From NCBI GenBank assembly GCA_012270555.1, contig JAAXIC010000006.1, positions 65,374 through 129,373 on the forward strand: 64,000 bases of DNA, in the 5' to 3' direction. The position numbers were made by a program, and so were the translations under genes. Shown piece after piece: positions 49,793-58,012 of this stretch (position 1 is the stretch's first letter; every line of letters begins with the position of its first letter). The stretch comes from Chloroflexota bacterium (GTDB lineage: Bacteria; Chloroflexota; UBA11872; VXOZ01). The notes under the pieces were generated by a model. It was given only the letters and a program-made list of their open reading frames with translations, had not been told where the DNA came from and ran no database searches.

Positions 49793-51151
49793 CTACTGAT
49801 TGCTCTCCCATTCATCCACCGCGGCCTGCATCTGGTCGATAGCCAGGTCGACGGTCTCCTCGGCAGTGAGCGCCCCTTCCTCCACGAAGGCACGGAGCGG
49901 GCCGGTGCCCGCAGAGGCGATCGCGCTCGAGGCCGGGTGCGGGAAGTAGCTGGTGGCGTAGCTGATGGCCTTGACGAACGCGCTCTGGTCGGCGGGTCGC
50001 GGATCGTCCGCCGGCGGGGCGAACGTGTCCGCCGCCGAGTTCAGCGCCGGCACCGACCAGCCCTCGCCGCCCATCCAGCGCTGGTGCTTCTCGCCCATCG
50101 TCCAGACGGCGAACACCTGGGCGTCCGGGTTTTCGGCGCCGCCGGCCAGCAGGCTCATCTGCTCGTGCCCGTTGAACGCGCCGCGCACCCTGGTGCCCGT
50201 GACCTCCGTATAAGGCACTTCCACCGTGGAGAACTGGAACGGATCGGCTTCGCGGAACGGCTTCAAGATGAACGTCCCGCCCGGTACCATGGCAGCCTTG
50301 CCGGTGGGAAAGACCCCGGTGCCGTAATAGTCCTCCGCCGCGGACAGGTCTTCCCGCGTAGGCGCGGCGCGGAACTTCTCGATCGAATCCTTCATGATCA
50401 ACTGCACGAGGTGCACGGCAATCTCGCGGTTCACGATGACGTTGCCGTCCGTATCCAACATGCCCGCGTAGAGCAGCGGGAAGTAACTCCAAGCGTAGCT
50501 CATGGTGGAGATACCCCAGCGCGAGCGCTCCTCGCCCTGGTTCAGTCGGCCGGCGATATCGGCGGAAACCGCGATGGTCTCTTCCCACGACATTTCGTTC
50601 GTCGGCGGATTCTGGCCCGCTTCGTCGAACATGTCGCCTCTGAAGAAGAGCGCGGTGGTGTTCGAGCCGGTGGGCACGCCCATCGTCTTGCCACGCCAGT
50701 TGACGGCCTCGAAGAGCCTGCCGGCATATTGAGACGTGTCTATGCCTGCCGCAGCAATGATCGGTGCCGCATCCAGCCAGTTGTCGGCCAGAATGTGGGG
50801 CGCAGACGAGGTGTTCGCGATGTCCGGCACCTCACCGGCCGCCAGCAACGGCGGCAGGCTGCGCTTCCAATGCTCCCAGGTGATCTTCCACGTCACTTCG
50901 GGATGCTCTTCGGCGAAGAGCTCCATGGCGGTGTTCCAGCGCAATTGGCTGGTCTCATCCCCCATCCACACGGCCCACACGGGCGTATGCTCCATCGCAG
51001 GCGCTTCTTTGGCCGCCTCCTTGGGCGCCATCTCTTCCTTCTGCTCCATCGGGGCAGCGGTCTGTACCGTGCCGCACGCGGCGAGCAGCGCGGCGCCGGT
51101 AATGCCGAGCGTGCCGCCAAGCACCGTGCGTCGGGTCAGTTTCGTAGACAT
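49793..51151 (-). CDS. ABC transporter solute-binding protein, family 1, TAT/lipoprotein signal
   Basis: MSTKLTRRTVLGGTLGITGAALLAACG signal. Confidence 0.75.
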   Translation of the reverse strand: MSTKLTRRTVLGGTLGITGAALLAACGTVQTAAPMEQKEEMAPKEAAKEAPAMEHTPVWAVWMGDETSQLRWNTAMELFAEEHPEVTWKITWEHWKRSLPPLLAAGEVPDIANTSSAPHILADNWLDAAPIIAAAGIDTSQYAGRLFEAVNWRGKTMGVPTGSNTTALFFRGDMFDEAGQNPPTNEMSWEETIAVSADIAGRLNQGEERSRWGISTMSYAWSYFPLLYAGMLDTDGNVIVNREIAVHLVQLIMKDSIEKFRAAPTREDLSAAEDYYGTGVFPTGKAAMVPGGTFILKPFREADPFQFSTVEVPYTEVTGTRVRGAFNGHEQMSLLAGGAENPDAQVFAVWTMGEKHQRWMGGEGWSVPALNSAADTFAPPADDPRPADQSAFVKAISYATSYFPHPASSAIASAGTGPLRAFVEEGALTAEETVDLAIDQMQAAVDEWESNQ

Positions 51152-51517
51152 GAGTCACTTCTCCTTGGTTCGCACCACTACGCTTCGTAACAATCGCGGC
51201 CCTCTGCTTCGCGCCATCTGGTACGTGTGTACTGTCTGCGTATGTTCAGTGGATTCAAGACGGGCGGAGCACTGACCGAAATGTGGACTGCCACCTCCTT
51301 TGCTCTGCGTTGCGCGTATGTACACGATATACCCGACTGATTGAATCTGTCCAGCCCCTTCTGATTAAGGGAACGTGCGCCGGGTATTTCGCTATGGCTA
51401 AGCGGCAGGTCTGTAGGGCGCTTTGCGGATGTCGAGGAGAGAGAAGGTCGTATCTCTAGAGAGAATACCGAATCTCTACGGAAACCTTTACATAACTACT
51501 CGGAGACGCAAGAATAT

Positions 51518-51553
51518 CTCCCTCTCCTTGGGGAGAGGGCCGGGGTGAGGGGG
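51518..51553. repeat. Family-B hairpin repeat flanked by perfect 9-bp inverted repeats CGCAAGAAT / ATTCTTGCG (51507-51515, 51554-51562)
   Basis: CTCCCTCTCCTTGGGGAGAGGGCCGGGGTGAGGGGG. Confidence 0.7.
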
Positions 51554-51642
51554 ATTCTTGCGTGTCCATTTCCTAGTTGCCGGTAGGGACTATGTGCAAA
51601 TGCGCCAAAACCGGTGAGAATGGCCCGTGTTACGTCGGATTT

Positions 51643-51716
51643 GCCCCTCACCCCCGTATCAAGTACGGGGCAGGCTCTAACCCTCTCCCACCGGGAGAGG
51701 GGACGTCATTGCCGCG
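51643..51716. repeat. Compound repeat: inverted B + C hairpin + partial A (GGACGTCATTGCCGCGG)
   Basis: GCCCCTCACCCCCGTATCAAGTACGGGGCAGGCTCTAACCCTCTCCCACCGGGAGAGGGGACGTCATTGCCGCGG. Confidence 0.65.
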
Positions 51717-51766
51717 GCGAGGGCTATGCAAAAGCCTCCTGCGGGACAACAGACCGCGTCGCCGGA

Positions 51767-52087
51767 TTAGCTCCCCGCTTCCTTTTGGGCGGTATGCAGG
51801 GCGATGGCATCCTCCAGCAGCGACGAATTCGCTTTTGCCAGCAACTGGATGTCCGCCAGGAGGATGGGCGCGGACTCTTTGACCTTGCTCTCGACCCGCT
51901 GTTTTACCCTCCTTTGCAAGAAGAGCGACAACACCAGGATCACGATTGCTACTGCCGCCAGGCCATAGGCGAGCCGGGCCGCAAGCTCGCTATCAGTGAG
52001 CGCAGCATCCGTGATCGATGCTACAAAGACGAGAGCGCACACCCAGCTTAGGGTGACTAAGCCGTCATACGAGCGCCAAAACTTCAT
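51767..52087 (-). CDS. Small hypothetical membrane protein
   Basis: One long hydrophobic segment (LVTLSWVCALVFVASI...LAAVAIVILVLSLFL). Lies 51 nt downstream of the S58 peptidase gene on the same strand; weak call. Confidence 0.3.
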   Translation of the reverse strand: MKFWRSYDGLVTLSWVCALVFVASITDAALTDSELAARLAYGLAAVAIVILVLSLFLQRRVKQRVESKVKESAPILLADIQLLAKANSSLLEDAIALHTAQKEAGS

Positions 52088-52138
52088 GCTAATTCCTCCC
52101 TCTGAAAGCTTTGTCTCACTGCGCACACTAGTGCACGA

Positions 52139-53140
52139 TTACTCCTTGCTGAACGACGCCAGCACCGCGTCCCACGCGGTTTCCGAAGCGAGCACGCTGA
52201 GGACGTATTCATTCAAACCTTCTGCTTGGGGTATAGCGTTTGTCGTGACGGCGTAGAGTACGTCACCGTCGGAGATAGTGTGCAGCGGTTCGATGGCCCG
52301 CGCCATTGACGTGTGAACGTGGCGGGCGAGTTGGCGCAGCGACCAGCCGCCCAGGATTTGGTTTGTGACCACGACCGTGAGTGTGGTGTTTCCCGGCGGG
52401 GGCAGTCCAGCGTCGGCCACGCGTGGACGCTCACCTGTTTCCGGATTCAGCGAGCCGCGCACCACACGGCCTTGGCGATCCACGATAGCGCCCACGGCGT
52501 TCACCACCGTGAACACGGCTACCTTCACGCCCTCCACTTCGCGGAACGCGCCGCCCTGACCGGCGTGCTCACTTTGATAGGGCTTCTGCAACCACTTGCC
52601 CACGGTCGCTGAGCGTCCGGCGCCGCGCGGGCCCAGGGGAAACACTCCCGGTCGCGCCGCTTTGAGCGCCGCGCGGCCGAGGGCCTTGTCCGGGTAGGCG
52701 GCGTTGGCGCGCGGACCGTAGTCATAGATGATCGCCCCGGAAACGAGCGCGATATTGCCCCAATGGGGCGAGTAAGCGCGCTGCGCCAGAAGCTCCGCCG
52801 CCACGCCGGTGGCCGCTTCCAGGCCGTAGAACGAACCGCCGGCCAAACAGATGGCATCCAATTTGCCTTCGCCGTTCTGCAGCGCCTCGGTGTAGAGCGT
52901 GGCGTGCGCGCCGCCGCGAATGTCCACGGCGGCGACCGCGCTATGGCCGAAGGAAAAGACCGTGCAACCAGTCGGGCCTTCTGCGTACTCGGCAACGCCG
53001 ATGGCCAGGTCGGGAAAGTTGAAGGTGAGCCTGGGCCCGCTGAACTCGGTCTGGGGCTCGAGCGTTAGCGCGTCGTTTGAAAGCATCGGTTCGTTCGTGT
53101 CTTGTTCCGACACGCGTTCCGCCCCACGATTTTCTACCAT
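52139..53140 (-). CDS. DmpA/OAT-family (peptidase S58) L-aminopeptidase / D-Ala-esterase-amidase
   Basis: GPTGCTV, GGSFYGL and NTTLTVVVTNQ match S58 self-processing family signatures. Confidence 0.7.
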   Translation of the reverse strand: MVENRGAERVSEQDTNEPMLSNDALTLEPQTEFSGPRLTFNFPDLAIGVAEYAEGPTGCTVFSFGHSAVAAVDIRGGAHATLYTEALQNGEGKLDAICLAGGSFYGLEAATGVAAELLAQRAYSPHWGNIALVSGAIIYDYGPRANAAYPDKALGRAALKAARPGVFPLGPRGAGRSATVGKWLQKPYQSEHAGQGGAFREVEGVKVAVFTVVNAVGAIVDRQGRVVRGSLNPETGERPRVADAGLPPPGNTTLTVVVTNQILGGWSLRQLARHVHTSMARAIEPLHTISDGDVLYAVTTNAIPQAEGLNEYVLSVLASETAWDAVLASFSKE

Positions 53141-53195
53141 ATAGTCATCTTGGTTGCCTTAACGAGACTATAGCACGGCTCGTCCGCGCGGCCGC

Positions 53196-54305
53196 TCACT
53201 GCGCACCAAAGCGCTCGGGAGCGTAGGGTTGCAGCGGCGCCAGGTCGCCCTTGCGGATGGCGTTGGACATGAGGTGGGCCGTAATGGGAGCGAGCAGGAT
53301 GCCGTTGCGGTGGTGACCGGCGGCGATCCAGAGTCCCGGCCGGGCCGCGACTGGCCCCAGCAGCGGCAGGCCGTCGGGCGGCGTGGGCCGCAAGCCGACG
53401 CCGAAGTGGTGCACGCGTGTGTCCGCCAGGCTGGGGGCGAGTCTTTGCATTAACTTGACGAGAAAGGCTACGCCGCCGGCCGTATTCTCGCGCTCGAAAC
53501 CCGCGTCCTCTTCCGTAGCGCCGACGACGATGCGGCCGTCCTGCTTGGGCGCCAGATAGCCCCCCGCGCCAAAGACGACGCGCCGCAGCGGACGGTTATA
53601 GGTTTCCAGCACCATCACCTGGCCGCGAGTCGGCTTCAACGGCAAGTTGATGCCTAAATGATCGCCGAGCAAACGGCTCCACGCCCCGGCGGCGATGACG
53701 ACGTGAGCGGCGTGCACGGGACCCGCAGCCGTTTGGAGGCCGGTAACGCGCTCACCGGTGGTGAGGAAGCCGTGCACGGGCGTGTACTCGTGTATCGTCA
53801 CACCTTGGGCAACGGCAGCCAGCGTGAGCACGTGCATGAGTTGGGGCGCGTACACGTGGGCGTCGTCCTGGAAGAAGAGCGCGCCGCGCGCTTTAGTGGA
53901 GAGCAGCGGTTCGGTCGCTTGCAGGGCGTCGGGTTCGAGCCAGGCCACGCGCTGGCCCGCCGCGGCGAGCACACCGGCCTGGTGTTCGAGGAACATCGCT
54001 TGTGTCTCGCCAAAGACGATGGTGAGCGCGCCGGAACGCGTGTAGGTAGCGTCCAGGCCGGTGGCGGCTTCCAGTTCGGCCGCAAAGTCGGGGTAGAGGC
54101 GGGCCGATTGCGCGGACAGACTGGGAAACGTGTCTCTCCCGTCACTCTCCACACCGGAGCCCAAGATCCCGGCCGCGGCGATGCGGGCCTGGCCGCCGAC
54201 GCGTTCTTTCTCGAAGACGGCTACCTGCACACCCTCTTTGGCCAGGGTGTACGCGAGCGCGCAGCCGATGATGCCGCCGCCGACGATGGCGACCTCGGTC
54301 GTCAT
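53196..54305 (-). CDS. thiO: Glycine oxidase ThiO (FAD-dependent)
   Basis: Start at MTTEVAIVGGGIIGCALAY (dinucleotide-binding GxGxxG); the long Arg-rich N-terminal extension in the ORF track is unlikely. Operon position after thiS. Confidence 0.75.
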   Translation of the reverse strand: MTTEVAIVGGGIIGCALAYTLAKEGVQVAVFEKERVGGQARIAAAGILGSGVESDGRDTFPSLSAQSARLYPDFAAELEAATGLDATYTRSGALTIVFGETQAMFLEHQAGVLAAAGQRVAWLEPDALQATEPLLSTKARGALFFQDDAHVYAPQLMHVLTLAAVAQGVTIHEYTPVHGFLTTGERVTGLQTAAGPVHAAHVVIAAGAWSRLLGDHLGINLPLKPTRGQVMVLETYNRPLRRVVFGAGGYLAPKQDGRIVVGATEEDAGFERENTAGGVAFLVKLMQRLAPSLADTRVHHFGVGLRPTPPDGLPLLGPVAARPGLWIAAGHHRNGILLAPITAHLMSNAIRKGDLAPLQPYAPERFGAQ

Positions 54306-54676
54306 GGACATCGTGTCATTGCTTTCTGCCGGTGCAAAAGCGGATTTTCTGTGTAGGTACCCTGGTCGAAACCGGTGTGCGCGGCAATCGGGGCAAGACG
54401 CGTACTGGGCTGCCGGCCGCTGCCGCCGCCGACCATACGCACGATCTCCACCACGTCGCCGTCTTCGAGTATGACGCACGGGTGGTCGGCGCGGCGGACC
54501 ACTTCGTTGTTCACGGCGACGGCGACGAACTGCGCCGGCACGTCTTGCGCCTTGAGGAAAGCAGCCAGCACCGTCTTTGAAGCCAGTTGCCGGTCTTCTC
54601 CATTCACCCTGATGCGGATGGACGCCGCCCGCGGGTGGCTCTCTTCCGCGTGGGGAATACGCTCATCTGTCGTCAT
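54302..54676 (-). CDS. thiS: Sulfur-carrier protein ThiS with 39-codon read-through past the Gly-Gly terminus
   Basis: IRIRVNGEDRQLASKTVLAAFL...VVEIVRMVGGG is a ThiS beta-grasp ending GG, but there is no stop until 54302, where the TGA overlaps the thiO ATG (ATGA). True N-terminal start is probably a non-ATG codon near SIRIRV. Confidence 0.6.
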   Translation of the reverse strand: MTTDERIPHAEESHPRAASIRIRVNGEDRQLASKTVLAAFLKAQDVPAQFVAVAVNNEVVRRADHPCVILEDGDVVEIVRMVGGGSGRQPSTRLAPIAAHTGFDQGTYTENPLLHRQKAMTRCP

Positions 54677-54693
54677 TGCGGTTGCACCTAGGC

Positions 54694-55389
54694 CTAGCCG
54701 TTAAGGGCGCTGATCAGATTACGTGTTGCCCCGGACGTGTCGGGGGCGTCGAGCAGGGCGCTGATGACGGCGACGCCGTGCGCGCCGGCTGCCATCACGG
54801 TGGACGCGTTCTGCGCCGAGATGCCGCCTACGCCGATGACGGGAATGTCGACCGCCGCCGCCACGTTGCGCACCAACTGGGGTCCGGCCGGTGTGCGCCC
54901 CGGCTTGGAGTCCGTCGCATAGAGTGTGCCGACGTGCACGAAGTCCGCGCCGGCCTGCGCGCATTGCACGGCGCTGGCGACGTTGTGCACCGAACAGCCG
55001 ATCAGCTTCTCCTCGCCCAGCAACCGGCGCGCCGCGGCCACCGGCAGGCCGTCTTCAGGCAGGTGCACGCCGTCCGCGTCCACGGCGAGCGCAACATCAA
55101 CACGGTCGTTGACGAGAAAGAGCGCCCGACCCGCGGTCAGATGCCGCAATTGCTGTGCCAGCGTATAGAGCTCCTTGGCGAATGTCTCTTTCTCCCGCAA
55201 CTGCACGACGTGTACGCCGCTCTCTATACCCTCCCGGACCCGCTGCATAAGCGTGCTCGCCAGTGGATTCCGCGTATGCAGGGGGAGGACGGGCCGCTGC
55301 ATGGGGCCCAGATGCTCCGGCGCAACGCGCTGAGGCGCGCCGAGACGCGTAATGAGCGTGAGACAGGGGTATGGCAGTTGCGGTTTCAT
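54694..55389 (-). CDS. thiE: Thiamine-phosphate synthase
   Basis: VVQLREKE, GVHLPEDG and VIGVGGI motifs of ThiE; start MKPQLPYPCLTLITR. Confidence 0.75.
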   Translation of the reverse strand: MKPQLPYPCLTLITRLGAPQRVAPEHLGPMQRPVLPLHTRNPLASTLMQRVREGIESGVHVVQLREKETFAKELYTLAQQLRHLTAGRALFLVNDRVDVALAVDADGVHLPEDGLPVAAARRLLGEEKLIGCSVHNVASAVQCAQAGADFVHVGTLYATDSKPGRTPAGPQLVRNVAAAVDIPVIGVGGISAQNASTVMAAGAHGVAVISALLDAPDTSGATRNLISALNG

Positions 55390-55444
55390 GCAGCGTGGAA
55401 CCAAGTGCGCTCGTACTGCTTCAACGTGACTGTGTTCTGATGTT

Positions 55445-55484
55445 TTGCCCTCACCCTAACCCTCTCCCACGGGGAGAGGGAACC
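55445..55484. repeat. Family-B repeat (inverted orientation); partial copy at 55546-55570
   Basis: TTGCCCTCACCCTAACCCTCTCCCACGGGGAGAGGGAACC. Confidence 0.65.
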
Positions 55485-55617
55485 GGATAGGCAAGTGTCC
55501 CCTCGTCCTGAACGCTAACCAATGCTCCTTGACTGCCAGATAATCTCTCACCCTCTCCCTCACAAGAAGGAACAAGCGCGGGGTTTGGTTATGCGCTAGG
55601 GCTAGGTTGACGGGACG

Positions 55618-56394
55618 CTAGGCGTGCACCACGCCTGCCACCGGACTGCTGGGGCTGGCGAACTTCTGCTGGGCGATGCGTCCGGCCAGGTAGGCCTTGC
55701 GCCCGGCTTCCACGCCGAGACGGAAGCCTTCCGCCATGAGCATTGGGTCTTCCGCGCGGGCGATGGCCGTGTTGATGAGCACGGCGTCTGCGCCAATTTC
55801 CAGCGATTCGGAGGCTTCTGACGGCACGGCCAGCCCCGCATCCACGACCACGGGCACGTTGGCCTGCTCGACGATGAGTTCGATCTCTTCCCGGGTGAAG
55901 ATGCCCCTGCCGGATCCGATGGGCGAGCCGAGTGGCATTACCGTGGCGCAGCCCACGTCTTCCAAACGCCGCGCCAGAATGGGGTCGGCGTGGATGTACG
56001 GCAGTACGACGAAACCGTCCTTGACGAGGGCTTCTGCGGCAAGCAGCGTATCCACCGGGTCCGGCAGGAGCGAAGCGGGGTCCGGCTGCACCTCCAGCTT
56101 GACCCAGTCCGAGCCGGTCAGTTCGCGCGCGAGCTTCGAGGTTACAATGGCCTCGTCCGCGGTGCGGGCGCCGGCAGTATTGGGCAAAATCGTGTAGCGC
56201 TCCCAGTCGATATGATCGAGGATCGTCTTTGCATTGGGGTTGCTGAGGTCGAGGCGGCGTATCGCCACGGTGATGATTTCCGCTCCGGACGCCTCGATTG
56301 CCGCGATCATCTCTTCCGGCGTGCGGTATTTGCCGGTGCCGATCATCAGCCGCGAATTGAACTGCGTGCCCGCTATCTCGAGCATGTCATTCAT
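55618..56394 (-). CDS. thiG: Thiazole synthase
   Basis: [23 protein letters not shown]... canonical ThiG. Confidence 0.85.
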   Translation of the reverse strand: MNDMLEIAGTQFNSRLMIGTGKYRTPEEMIAAIEASGAEIITVAIRRLDLSNPNAKTILDHIDWERYTILPNTAGARTADEAIVTSKLARELTGSDWVKLEVQPDPASLLPDPVDTLLAAEALVKDGFVVLPYIHADPILARRLEDVGCATVMPLGSPIGSGRGIFTREEIELIVEQANVPVVVDAGLAVPSEASESLEIGADAVLINTAIARAEDPMLMAEGFRLGVEAGRKAYLAGRIAQQKFASPSSPVAGVVHA

Positions 56395-56509
56395 CTTCGT
56401 TCCTTCTCCACAGGCTGCCAGTGCTCAGGGCCGAGCGTGACTGACATCCACCCTGCTTCGCGTCAAAACAAATACCGCTTCACAGAGGGAGAGCGGTTCG
56501 CAGCAAGGT

Positions 56510-56645
56510 CTCGGAGACTTGCCGCTTCCCTCCGCTGGCATCTTCCAGACTGCTGGCATCTTCCAGGTCAGGTTCCAAGGATTGCCTCTGCGCACACACA
56601 GAAGCTCTCAGCCGTGGGGCTCCCCCAGCGGCCCTAGTGGCGCGG
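56510..56645 (-). promoter_or_regulatory. TPP (THI-box) riboswitch upstream of thiG
   Basis: Minus strand reads ...CACTAGGGCCGCTGGGGGAGCCCCACGGCTGAGAGC...GGAACCTGACCTGGAAGATGCCAGC...GGAGGGAAG. CUGAGA and ACCUGA-CUGGA-AUGCCAGC-GGGAA elements are in THI-element order. The CTGGAAGATGCCAGC segment is present twice. Confidence 0.55.
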
Positions 56646-56824
56646 AGTTTCGTACGCCAGTAAGACGGTTTCAGTATACCATGCCTGCAGGTCTGTAAAG
56701 GATGCGCTTAGAATAAGGTGGAGTGTGGCAGCCCTCCGGCGACACGGGCGTACCTGCCTTGCAAATCCGCCACGGGTAGTCTGCCTCAAGAGGTCTCTGG
56801 GATCTACATAGGGGAGCAAATCGC

Positions 56825-57820
56825 ATGGAATCAGTGAACATTGGCTTTGTAGGAACAGGAAATAACGCCCGCTCGCACGCACGCGGCTTGGCAGGCGTAC
56901 CCCAGGCGCGGATCGTGGCGGCGGCCGATGTGAACGAAACGGCCGTGCAAGACTTCGCCGCCGCCCACAACGTGGCTGAGGTATTCACTGACTACCGCGC
57001 CGTGCTCGAGAACCCAGCGGTGCACGCCATAGTAATCAGTCTGCCCCATGCGCTCCATGGCGAGGTAGCCATCGCCGCGGCGCAGGCCGGTAAGCACGTG
57101 CTCTGCGAAAAGCCGCTGGGCGTGAGCGTGGCGGAATGCGACGACATTATCGCCGCTTGCCGAGATGCCAACGTGAATCTGATGGTGGGCCATACCCACC
57201 GCTTCATGGCGGAGCACCTGCGGGCTTTAGAACTGCTGCGAGAGGGCGCAATCGGCGATGTGCTCCACGTCCACGACTCTATCACCGGCGCCACGCGCCA
57301 CAAGGACCTGGGCTGGCGCGGTGTGCGGGCGCTGGCCGGCGGCGGTGTCTTCATGGATAACGGCGTGCACAGCGCCGACCGCCTGCGCTGGTGGATCGGG
57401 TCTGAGGTGACGGCGATTACGGCCCGTGTGGGCCACTACGGCGCGCGCACCGAGGGCGAGGACCACGGGGTGGCGCATCTGGAATTCGCGAACGGCGTGA
57501 CCGCGACCATGGAAATCTCGCTGATCGCGCCGCCCGTGCTGGGCCGCTGCCGCGCCGTGGTGACGGGCTCTTCCGGCGCCATGGAGATCGCCACGTGGCG
57601 GCACCTCAAAGTGGCCACGGCGGAAGCCGAGGAATGGGAGACGTTCACGTTTCCCCAAAACCGCAGCCAGTTCGTCCGCGAGGACGGAGAATTTGTAGCG
57701 AGTATTCTGGAAGGTCGCGAGCCACTCGTGACCGGTGAAGACGGCAAGCGGGCGGTGGCAATCGTGCAGGGGATCTATCAGGCGTCGGAGAGCGGCAAGA
57801 CCGTGTACTTGGACGCATAG
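56825..57820 (+). CDS. Gfo/Idh/MocA-family NAD(P)-dependent oxidoreductase
   Basis: N-terminal IGFVGTGNNARSHARG Rossmann; EKP motif (VLCEKPLG). Confidence 0.75.
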   Translation: MESVNIGFVGTGNNARSHARGLAGVPQARIVAAADVNETAVQDFAAAHNVAEVFTDYRAVLENPAVHAIVISLPHALHGEVAIAAAQAGKHVLCEKPLGVSVAECDDIIAACRDANVNLMVGHTHRFMAEHLRALELLREGAIGDVLHVHDSITGATRHKDLGWRGVRALAGGGVFMDNGVHSADRLRWWIGSEVTAITARVGHYGARTEGEDHGVAHLEFANGVTATMEISLIAPPVLGRCRAVVTGSSGAMEIATWRHLKVATAEAEEWETFTFPQNRSQFVREDGEFVASILEGREPLVTGEDGKRAVAIVQGIYQASESGKTVYLDA

Positions 57821-57870
57821 CACAGGATGGCGCCTTGCAGCAGCCAAAAGCGCAAGCGAGTCCGAAGGTT

Positions 57871-57921
57871 CCCACGCGGGATTCCATGACCGTCATGCCG
57901 GCGCACGCCAGAATCCACCTT
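57871..57921. repeat. Family-A repeat (partial + full unit)
   Basis: CCCACGCGGGATTCCATGACCGTCATGCCGGCGCACGCCAGAATCCACCTTT. Confidence 0.6.
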
Positions 57922-58012
57922 TGCCGGTACGGCTTTGGGGTGACGCCAGGTGAGGCAACGCGGCCCGGTTCTTAGTCGGTCGTCCGCATCTCCGCATGCT
58001 CCGCAACCGCCG

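Noticed and set aside
49685-51190. 501-aa + strand ORF
   Set aside because: Antisense to the binding-protein gene 49793..51151.
54306-54421. Treating the ThiS C-terminal extension as certainly real
   Set aside because: Chance read-through of a short high-GC spacer cannot be excluded from sequence alone, so this is reported as a finding with caveat rather than a ThiS-fusion protein call.
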